Origin: an uncultured Acidimicrobiaceae bacterium
GTDB taxonomy: Bacteria > Actinomycetota > Acidimicrobiia > Acidimicrobiales > RAAP-2
Assembly: GCA_963743785.1 (NCBI GenBank)
Contig: CAVURD010000035.1
Location: forward strand, 4,508 to 68,507
Length of the DNA stretch: 64,000 nucleotides
Direction: 5' to 3'
Part shown: one piece after another, positions 56,586 to 64,000 of the stretch
Layout of the letters: the number at the start of each line of letters is the position of its first letter
How positions within the stretch are numbered: the first letter of the stretch is position 1
Notes under the pieces: model-generated
The model's input: only the letters and a program-made list of their open reading frames with translations
Databases searched by the model: none
Told to the model about the DNA's origin: nothing
Made by a program: the position numbers and the translations under genes

Positions 56586-57759
56586 CTACCCGGCCCCAAG
56601 GGCGTCCCGCGCCGATACGCCCTGCCGCACCAGGGGGAGGAGCTCCTTCCCGAAGTCGATGACGTCGGCCAAGGGATCGAAGCCCTTCAGCAACAAGGTG
56701 GTGACGCCCAGGTCGTAGTAGCGCAGCATGGCCTCGGCCACCTGGTCGGGTGTGCCGACCAACGCCGTCGAGTTGCCGGCCGCGCCGGTGAGGTTGGCCA
56801 CCTTCATCCAGAGCCGCTCGTCGTAGACGTCCCGGTCGGACGACAGGGCGATCAATCGCTTCCGTCCGACCGAGGTCGTACCACCGGTGTCGCGATCGAC
56901 CGAGAACGTGGCGTTGCGGGCGCCCCCGAGGCCTTCGATAGGTGTCCTGGCGGCCGGTCATGCGCTCCTTGGCCAGCGCGATGCGTTCGGCGGTCTTCTC
57001 GGCGATCCACTCGGCCTTGTCCCAGGCTTCTGCTTCGGTGTCGGCGATGATCGGCCGCAGCGAGAGGCTGTAGCGGAGTGTTCGGCCGACCGCGGTCGCC
57101 GCTTCGCCGATGGTGGCCATGCGCGCCGCCACGGCCTCGCGGGGCTCACCCCAGAAGGCATAGACATCGGCATTGGCGGCACCGACGGCAATGGCGGGAG
57201 GCGAAGCGCCGGCGAAGTACAGAGGGATGCCGCCCGGCGTGACGGGCTTGACCGAGCTGAAGGCCGCTTCGTAGTGGAAGAACTCACCATCGAAGTCGAA
57301 GGGAGCGTCTTCGGTGAATGCCCGCCGCACCAGCGCCATGGTCTCGCCGGTACGGCGATAGCGGGCGTCGTGCGGGACGAAGTCACCTTCGCGCCGTTGG
57401 TCCGCTTCATCCCCACCGGTGATGAAATGGATGGCGACCCGTCCGCCACCGCTCAAGTGATCGAGGGTGGCCGCCGTCCGGGCCAGCAGGACGGGCTGCA
57501 CGAATCCGGGCCGGTGCGCCACCAGCACGCCCAATCGGCTGGTGCTCGCCAAGACCGAGGCGGCCACCATCCAGGCTTCCGGGGCCACCGCTCCGTAGCC
57601 GACGAGCACGCGATCAAAGTCGGCCTCGTCGTGCGCCCGCGAGATGTCGGCCAGATAGCCCGAGTCGATGACCGGGCCGTCCATCCAATCCACCACCGGG
57701 CCGTCGGTGAGCGGCCCCTTGATTTCCGAGGCATCCCTCGTGCCCACCATTCCGATCAT
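56586..57759 (-). pseudogene. LLM-class flavin-dependent monooxygenase, SsuD-like (alkanesulfonate monooxygenase family), frame break near 56930-56940
   Basis: GYLADISRAHDEADFDRVLVGYGAVAPEAWMVAASVLASTSRLGVLVAHRPGFVQPVLLARTAATLDHLSGGGRVAIHFITGG...LYFAGASPPAIAVGAANADVYAFWGEP parallels E. coli SsuD as I remember it. The tail IEGLGGARNATFSV...ALVGTPDQVAEAMLRYYDLGVTTLLLKGFDP is in another frame. Confidence 0.75.
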
Positions 57760-57890
57760 CTCGACTGGCACGCGACGCCAACCCTCCACAATTTTTGCCG
57801 GCCCGACGTGGGCGTTTCTGCTCGGCGCGCCCGCTCGAGGCGCCGGCTGTTCTCCGGGTGAAGACCCAGTTCGACGCTACTATCTGACCG

Positions 57891-59177
57891 GTGGCCAGAG
57901 GAACCGAGGCTTCCACCTCCCAGCGCACGCTTCCGCTCGTCGCGGTGGGCTACGGGCCGCGGTGCGTGCCCGTCATGCAGTTGGCCGAAGCGGCCGCCGG
58001 CGTGTGCGATCTGCTGTGGATGATCGACGGCGCGCAGCCCGGCATGCCGGAAATGGCGGAGCTCCTGCAGCGGTTCGGACCGGTCGTCGACCTCAGCGGC
58101 CTCGGGGTGGCGCAGATGGCCACGTTGCTGTCGGCCCACGAGCCCGACGCCTTGGTGACGTACCTCGACACCGGCATGGTGGCCTACGCCGAACTGGCCG
58201 AGGCGCTGGGCTTGCCCTTCCACTCACCCGCCACGGCGGCGGCGCTGACCGACAAGTCCCGGCAACGCCAGGTCCTGGCCGCGGCCGGACTGGACATGCC
58301 GCCCTGCCACGTCGTCCGGCCCGACCAACGAGAGGGTGACCTGGCCCACGCCGAGTCCGAAGTGGGATGGCCGGCGATCCTCAAGCCCCGGTCGGCCCAG
58401 GGCAGCCGCTACACCTTCTTGGCCCGCGACCGGGCCGAGTTGGATCGACTGCTCACCGCCCTGGGCCCCGACCGCCCCGACATGGTGTTGGAGGGCTACC
58501 TGGCCGACGTGCCGGCCCGCGCCGCCGCGAGCTACGCGGCGTACGTGTCGGTCGAGAGCGTGGTGGCCTCGGGGGTGATCAGCCACCTGGCCCTCACCGG
58601 TCGCTTCCCGCTCGCCGAGAACTTCCGCGAGACCGGGTTCTTCATCCCCGCCGCGCTCGAGGAGGGTGAGCAGGAGTCGGTGCTGGCCCTGGCCACCGCC
58701 GCCATCGAGGCTCTCGACATCAGGATCGGTTGCCTGCACACGGAGATCAAATTCACACCGGGCGGTCCCCGCATCATCGAGGTCAACGGTCGCGTCGGCG
58801 GAGGGGTGCCCGAGATGCTCGAGCGTGCCGCCGGGATTCCGCTCCTCGAATACACGTTACGGATCGGACTGGGTGAAGAGATCCGGGTGAGCGGGCCTGT
58901 CGCCACCGAGCGCATCGGGTACCGCTTCTTCCTGCAACCGCCCGCCGTCTCGGCCACGGTCGCGGCGATCGACGGCATCGACAAGGTCAGCGACTTTCCC
59001 GGTGTGGACACCATCAGCGTGCATCAAGGGCCCGGGGCCGACCTGGACTGGCGAGACGGGACGCGCAATCACATCATGGCCGTGGTCGGATCGGCGGCGG
59101 ACTATGCCGAACTGGCGGCAGTCAACCGGCTCCTGCTGCAGGAGGTCACCGTCACCTACGCCGATGTGAAGAGCTAA
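57891..59177 (+). CDS. ATP-grasp domain protein (carboxylate-amine ligase type), substrate unknown
   Basis: LTDKSRQRQVLAAAGLDMPP...WPAILKPRSAQGSRYTF...VLEGYL...CLHTEIKFTPGGPRIIEVNGRVGG is a typical ATP-grasp core. Confidence 0.8.
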   Translation: MARGTEASTSQRTLPLVAVGYGPRCVPVMQLAEAAAGVCDLLWMIDGAQPGMPEMAELLQRFGPVVDLSGLGVAQMATLLSAHEPDALVTYLDTGMVAYAELAEALGLPFHSPATAAALTDKSRQRQVLAAAGLDMPPCHVVRPDQREGDLAHAESEVGWPAILKPRSAQGSRYTFLARDRAELDRLLTALGPDRPDMVLEGYLADVPARAAASYAAYVSVESVVASGVISHLALTGRFPLAENFRETGFFIPAALEEGEQESVLALATAAIEALDIRIGCLHTEIKFTPGGPRIIEVNGRVGGGVPEMLERAAGIPLLEYTLRIGLGEEIRVSGPVATERIGYRFFLQPPAVSATVAAIDGIDKVSDFPGVDTISVHQGPGADLDWRDGTRNHIMAVVGSAADYAELAAVNRLLLQEVTVTYADVKS

Positions 59178-59270
59178 CGATGCTGCGGTTGGTTCGGCCT
59201 GCGGGGGCCGAGCCGGGAGGCTGGGCTCGGCGCGGGAGAAGGAGTCGGGCAGAGACGTGGGCGGAGAAGC

Positions 59271-60192
59271 GTGGGAGGAGGCGAGCGATGGACCTGTGCG
59301 CTGGTCAACAACATGCCCGACACCGCCTTCGTCGATACCGAGGAGCAATTCCTGGGCCTGCTCGACGGTGCCTCTGGCGATCAGACGATCGCCGTGCGCC
59401 TCCATACCTTGGAGAAGGTGCCGCGGGGTGAGCAGGCGGCGGCCCGCATCGCCGCCCGATACCTCCCGTTGGCGCAGCTCCGGGGCGACCCGCCCGATGT
59501 GCTCGTCGTCACGGGGTCGAACCCCCTGGAGACTCGCATCGAGGACGAGCCGTACTGGGCCGATCTGGTCGATCTCCTTACCTGGGGGCGGGATCACCTG
59601 TCCACCATGCTGCTGTCGTGCCTCTCGGCTCACGCCGCACTGGTCGCCTTCGACGGACTGGAGCGCCGCCGGCTCAAGGCCAAGTGCACCGGTGTCTTCA
59701 GCCAGGCGGCCGAGACCGCACACCCTCTCGTCGCCGGCCTCGTCCCAGCCGATCGTCCTCCCCCACTCCCGTCTCAACACGGTCGAGGCGGACGACCTGC
59801 GGGGGGCGGGCTATGAGGTGGCACTGCACTCCGACGTCGTGGGCTGGAGCGTGGCCACCAAGACGGTTGATCGCTGCCGGGTGGTGGTGATGCAGGGTCA
59901 CCCCGAGTACGGGCGGGCCAGCCTCCTGCGCGAATACCAGCGGGACGCTCGTCGCTACGTGCGGCACGAGCGCGACGAGCTGCCCCGCCTGCCCATTGAC
60001 TGCGTGGGTCCCGAAGACCAGGCACGTCTGGCGGACCTCCACCAACGGGTGACCGGCGGTGAACGAGACCCGGCGCTCGTCGAGGCCTTCGGGTTCGACC
60101 AAGCTGGGGCCCGGGCCCCCTGGCCGTGGCGAAGCATGGCCGTCGGCCTGTACAAGAACTGGTTGGCTGGAATCCCGAAGAGGAGCGACTAA
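59271..60192 (+). pseudogene. metA: homoserine O-acyltransferase, MetA (HTS) family, frame break near 59735-59745
   Basis: CALVNNMPDTAFVDTEEQFLGLL...DVLVVTGSNP...YWADLVDLLTW...SCLSAHAAL, then (next frame) SQPIVLPHSRLNTVEADDLRGAGYEVAL...MQGHPEY. Confidence 0.75.
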
Positions 60193-60196
60193 CCGC

Positions 60197-61489
60197 ATGC
60201 ACGACGAGACCATTGCCATCCACGGGGGATATGCGGCGGACAGCACGCGGGCGGTCGCCGTACCCATCTACCAGACCATCGCCCATGACTTCATCGACGC
60301 CGAGCACGCCGGGGCGGTCCTCGACCTCGAGGTGCCGGGCTTCCACTACAACCGGATCAACAATCCCACCAACGATGTCCTGGAGCGTCGGATCGCCGCC
60401 CTCGAAGGCGGGACCGCCGCCCTGGTCCTGGCCTCCGGCATGGCGGCGGTCAGCTACGCCATCTTGACGGTGGCCCAGGCCGGCTCCAATTTCGTCGTGG
60501 CCCCCCAGCTCTACGGAGCCACTTTCACCTACTTCGCCCACGTCCTGCCGACGCTCGGCATCGAGGCGCGCTTCGCCGCCGATGACACGGCCGGATCGAT
60601 CGCCGCCCAGATGGACGAGCACACCTGCGCCGTATTCTGCGAGTCGATCGGCAACCCGGCCGGGAATGTCGTCGACCTCCGCGCCGTGGCTGACGTGGCG
60701 CACCGCGGCAGCGTGCCACTCATTGTTGACAACACGGTGGCCACTCCGCTCATGCTCAAGCCGATCGCGCACGGGGCCGACGTGGTGGTGCACTCGTTGA
60801 CCAAGTTCGTCGGCGGTCACGGCACCACCCTTGGTGGCGCCATCGTCGACGGCGGTTGCTTCCCGTGGAGCGATCACGCCCAGCGCTTCCCCATGTTCAC
60901 CCGACCCGAACCGGCCTTTCACGACGTCGTCTTCGCCCGGGACTTCCCCGACCGTCCTTTCGTGGTCCGGGCCCGCTCCACCCAGCTACGCAACACGGGC
61001 GCCACCCTCTCCCCCTTCAACGCCTTCCTGCTCCTCCAGGGGCTCGAGACCATGGCCGTGCGACTCGAACGACACGAGGCCAACACCAGAATCGTGGCGG
61101 CGTATCTGGCGGCCGACCGCCGGGTGGAGTGGGTGAGTTTCGCCGGATTTCCCGACCACCCGCACCACGACCTGGTACAGCGGTATCTGGGCGGCCGGGT
61201 CCCGCCCATCATCACCTTCGGTGCGGTGGGGGGTTACGCAGCCGGGCTGGCCTTCTTCGACTCGCTGCACCTCTTCAAGCGGCTGCTCAACCTGGGAGAC
61301 GCCAAGTCACTGGCCATCCACCCGGCCAGCACGACGCACCGCCAACTGAACGAGGCCGAGCTGCTGGCCGCCGACGTGCGCCCCGAAACGATCAGATTGT
61401 CCATCGGGCTCGAGCACGTGGACGATCTCATCGAGGACATCGACCAGGCGCTCGACCAGGCGGTGGGCCGCGCCGGGGGCGCCGGCTGA
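60197..61489 (+). CDS. metY: O-acetylhomoserine aminocarboxypropyltransferase (sulfhydrylase), PLP-dependent
   Basis: MHDETIAIHGGY..., YNRINNPTNDVLERRIAALEGG, VVHSLTKFVGGHGTTLGG (the PLP lysine) and LGDAKSLAIHPASTTH are present. Confidence 0.9.
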   Translation: MHDETIAIHGGYAADSTRAVAVPIYQTIAHDFIDAEHAGAVLDLEVPGFHYNRINNPTNDVLERRIAALEGGTAALVLASGMAAVSYAILTVAQAGSNFVVAPQLYGATFTYFAHVLPTLGIEARFAADDTAGSIAAQMDEHTCAVFCESIGNPAGNVVDLRAVADVAHRGSVPLIVDNTVATPLMLKPIAHGADVVVHSLTKFVGGHGTTLGGAIVDGGCFPWSDHAQRFPMFTRPEPAFHDVVFARDFPDRPFVVRARSTQLRNTGATLSPFNAFLLLQGLETMAVRLERHEANTRIVAAYLAADRRVEWVSFAGFPDHPHHDLVQRYLGGRVPPIITFGAVGGYAAGLAFFDSLHLFKRLLNLGDAKSLAIHPASTTHRQLNEAELLAADVRPETIRLSIGLEHVDDLIEDIDQALDQAVGRAGGAG

Positions 61490-61557
61490 GCGGACCGCGT
61501 CGGCTGAGCGGACCGCGTTGACTGATCGGACCTGAGGGTCCAGCGGGCCGTGGTGTC

Positions 61558-63441
61558 TCAGCCGACCACGCTTTCCACGCACGCCTGGGCGTCGAGCACC
61601 GCCCGCATGCGGCTGCGCGGTGACGGCAGGTAGTGCGTGAAATAGCGCACGCCCTCGGTCAGCACGCCGAGCAGCGAGAGGTGCGGCTGCAGTCTGCCTT
61701 CGGCGTCGTAGGGATGGAAGTCCTCGCTGATGGCCACGCTGCCCACGGCCGTGTCGCCGTAGCTCAGCTGGACCAGGCGACCCTTGGCGTAAAGGCGCCT
61801 CAACAAGGGTGAGTCGGACCGCGACAGCGACGGGAGATCGAGATGACCCCGCACCACCCCGCTCGTGGTGGCCGCCGACATCCGGTCGAGCTGGGTGGAA
61901 CGAAGCGCCACGCGGCCGTCCGACGTGGCGCTGACCTCGGGATTGGGCCCGAGGGGAAGGTGGACCACGCCGGCATCGATCAGGGCCAGCAGTTGCTGCG
62001 AGCGGAAGGGTGGTGGTCCGGCCTCCAACCGGTTGATCCGGCCGCGGATATTCGACTGGAAGTCGATGTACGACTCGAGTGACAGCCCGCCGAACTCAAT
62101 GACCGAGCGCAACTGGTCGCGCAATATGCGCAAAACCTCCTGTGCCGCCTTGACTGGGCTGCCGCCCACCATCAGCGCCTCGTCCAAGTCAGCTTCCACC
62201 ATGTCGTACACCTGTGACTGGTAGTCCCGACCGGACGTGTAGTGGCGATCGGCCCCCGCGAAGACGTCGTGGGCCGGGTCGAAGTGGCCGTACTGGGTCT
62301 CGAGCTTGGCCACCACCCCTTCGTAGTGACCATCCACCCAGCCATCGCGCAGCCGGGCCCGCTCCGCCGCCGACCGCTCGACGCCGCCGGCCAGGAACGC
62401 CGCATGAGTGAGATAGCGGGCCTGCATCTCGGCGTAGAGCAGCGGCAACAGATCGCGACGGAAGTCCACCTGGCGCCGGACCACCGAGCCGGCCACCGTG
62501 GTCAATCGGTCGAATTCCTCCGGGGTGCACACGACCGGTTGGTAGTCCCCCGTCGGATCCACGCCGTGCGCCGACTTGGCGCAGTAGGGCACTCCGGAAC
62601 GGGAGTACAGGTAGATGATGGGCTCCCGCCCGCTGCGCTCGTAGCGCTGGCGGTCCCCCATGTCGGTGAACGACCCATCCCGCCCGATGGTCAACGCCGT
62701 CATCAGATCGAAGCCGACCAACCCCATGCCGGCGATGGCCACCGGCGCGCCCGGGGGGAGGGACTGGTCGAAGAATCCGACGGGATAGGGCCGCAGGAAG
62801 CGCACCCCGTCGGGCTCGCCGGGAGCCTCGACGTTGTAGGTGTGGCCCGACGTGAGCACCACGTGGTCCACGACGAGGGTGTCGCCGTTATCGAGCAGAA
62901 CGGATTCGCGACCACCGAGCAGGGGTGCGATGTCGAGGGCGGCGGCGACGTGACGCACAATTTCCAGGTTGGGCGGCGCATCGGCCACCAGGGCGTCGTA
63001 GCACCACACCAGGTACTCGCCCATGAGCCGGCGCGGGAGGTAGTCGGTGGAGGCGATCGGTGCGCCCCCCGCACCGACCCGGCATTCGTGGCCGACCCAG
63101 CGGTAGCCCTGGGCGACGGCCCACTCGTGCAGCCCGACGGCAGAGGGCGGCGGACGACCGCGGTCGGGGGCGGCGTGAAGGGAAAGCTGCCCGCAGGCGT
63201 TGTTGAGCACCAGATAGTCGGGCTGTCCCGTGGCATAGACGCCGCCCCCGAGCTGGCCCGGTTCGATCACGTGCACCTTGATCGGCGTCGCGTTGTGACG
63301 AGCCCGGCTGACCGTCCGTTCGAGAACGCAGAGGCCCCACGAGCCGAGACCGACGATGGCGAACTCGATCACGGCCTTGGGCTCAGGCTGCCGAAGAGCC
63401 TCCGACACGCGGTGGCCGGACGAGAGCGGTGGCGTGGACAC
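61558..63441 (-). CDS. FAD/NAD(P)-binding protein (PF13454-like), function unknown
   Basis: 627-aa ORF with an N-terminal dinucleotide fold FAIVGLGSWGLCVLER and a second VAIAGMGLVGFDLM. Confidence 0.8.
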   Translation of the reverse strand: MSTPPLSSGHRVSEALRQPEPKAVIEFAIVGLGSWGLCVLERTVSRARHNATPIKVHVIEPGQLGGGVYATGQPDYLVLNNACGQLSLHAAPDRGRPPPSAVGLHEWAVAQGYRWVGHECRVGAGGAPIASTDYLPRRLMGEYLVWCYDALVADAPPNLEIVRHVAAALDIAPLLGGRESVLLDNGDTLVVDHVVLTSGHTYNVEAPGEPDGVRFLRPYPVGFFDQSLPPGAPVAIAGMGLVGFDLMTALTIGRDGSFTDMGDRQRYERSGREPIIYLYSRSGVPYCAKSAHGVDPTGDYQPVVCTPEEFDRLTTVAGSVVRRQVDFRRDLLPLLYAEMQARYLTHAAFLAGGVERSAAERARLRDGWVDGHYEGVVAKLETQYGHFDPAHDVFAGADRHYTSGRDYQSQVYDMVEADLDEALMVGGSPVKAAQEVLRILRDQLRSVIEFGGLSLESYIDFQSNIRGRINRLEAGPPPFRSQQLLALIDAGVVHLPLGPNPEVSATSDGRVALRSTQLDRMSAATTSGVVRGHLDLPSLSRSDSPLLRRLYAKGRLVQLSYGDTAVGSVAISEDFHPYDAEGRLQPHLSLLGVLTEGVRYFTHYLPSPRSRMRAVLDAQACVESVVG

Positions 63442-63646
63442 TGCAACCTCATGCGTACGTCCGCCCCTTCTTCGCCCATGCCGAGCAACAAGGCTAGGCC
63501 CTGTGCCCGAGCGCGGACAATCCGTTCCGGATGCCGTCTCTTTGCGTCGGCCCAGCTAGAGCGCTCGATAAGCTCGAGCAGCAACTTTGGTCCGAGCCTT
63601 CAGAGTTTCGCACCAGCCGCACCAGCCAGACGGAGGAAGAAGGACG

Positions 63647-64000
63647 ATGGTCGAAGAATCCGGCACCTTGCAGTTAGGCGTGCTCAACGTGCACCGCCTC
63701 GGCTTCGGGGCGATGCAACTTCCAGGTCCCGGCGTCTGGGGCCCACCGCGTGACCATGATGGCGCCATTGCCGTCCTGCGTCGCGCCGTCGAGTTGGGCG
63801 TCGACCTGATCGACACGGCCGATTCCTACGGCCCGAATGTGTCCGAGGAGCTCATCCGTGAGGCGCTCCACCCGTACCCGGGCAACCTGAAGATCGCCAC
63901 CAAGGCCGGACTCACCCGTTCGGGTCCCGGTGCGTGGGCCCCGTGCGGGCGCCCGGACTACTTGCGCCGGCAGTGCGAAGGCAGCCTGCTCCGCCTCGGG
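63647..64000 (+). CDS. aldo/keto reductase (5' part; continues beyond the right window edge)
   Basis: RBS GGAGGAAGAAGGA is followed by [63 protein letters not shown]... It is not in the ORF track because there is no stop in the window. Confidence 0.8.
   Translation, partial: MVEESGTLQLGVLNVHRLGFGAMQLPGPGVWGPPRDHDGAIAVLRRAVELGVDLIDTADSYGPNVSEELIREALHPYPGNLKIATKAGLTRSGPGAWAPCGRPDYLRRQCEGSLLRLG

Noticed and set aside
56545-56590. GC-rich hairpin GGGGCCGG...CCGGCCCC as a bidirectional terminator between the rhodanese gene and the SsuD-like gene.
   Set aside because: It overlaps the last codons and stop of the SsuD-like gene, has a 22-nt interrupted loop and lacks a convincing U-tract.
57760-57890. 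SAM riboswitch (SAM-I/SAM-IV) upstream of the ATP-grasp/metA/metY genes. CCGGGTGAAGACCC superficially resembles the ...CCCGGGUGAUGACC P1 3' side.
   Set aside because: There is no matching 5' P1 strand and none of the other conserved SAM-IV/SAM-I segments, only a short GC hairpin.

Overview
High-G+C, actinobacterial-type chromosomal segment. Assignment to Actinomycetota, possibly Acidimicrobiia-like, is inferred from the protein families and has not been searched. I can support about 65 protein-coding loci. I found no rRNA, tRNA, CRISPR array, transposase, integrase or recognisable defence genes.

Gene blocks, left to right:
- 1-3.8 kb: Liv-type ABC importer, a fused LivH/LivM permease followed by an MFS-like membrane domain that runs into a LivF-like ATPase.
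- 4-11 kb: catabolic cluster with a Baeyer-Villiger monooxygenase, two paralogous amidohydrolase_2 proteins, an ADC-family protein, TetR and an SDR.
- 11-12.5 kb: tandem pair of small secreted-protein genes with a strikingly conserved leader.
- 12.5-22 kb: DUF2252, TetR, quinone oxidoreductase, sulfotransferase, membrane proteins, galE, and a TetR/DinB-like/MBL/ABM operon.
- 22.4-27.2 kb: class II ribonucleotide reductase nrdJ with NrdR-box-like sites, divergent from glpK.
- 27.9-40.8 kb: large aa3-type cytochrome c oxidase structural and biogenesis island (TlpA, two Sco fusions, two CtaG, ctaE-ctaD-ctaC, a cupredoxin-like protein, an Asp-box beta-propeller, ctaB).
- 41-56 kb: conserved housekeeping genes (SDR, queA-like, wHTH regulator, ACT, plsC, SMP-30, FUSC, aminotransferase, LLM, ROK kinase, SRPBCC, GT4, small Cys proteins, PH/SHOCT, rhodanese).
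- 56.5-64 kb: sulfur/methionine neighbourhood (SsuD-like LLM, ATP-grasp, metA-like, metY, FAD/NAD(P)-binding protein, partial aldo/keto reductase).

The dominant technical feature is roughly 25 single-base frame disruptions in otherwise well-conserved genes, nrdJ included. Many sit in short homopolymer runs, so they look like sequence or assembly errors rather than gene decay.

Most interesting signals:
- The conserved ~146-nt leaders of the duplicated secreted-protein genes.
- Five 11-bp-phased GTCAATC direct repeats upstream of the oxidase operon.
- The unusual Sco fusions.
- The MFS-ABC ATPase junction.
- A perfect 35-bp palindrome on a TetR start codon.

I did not find a convincing novel multi-gene system such as a defence island.
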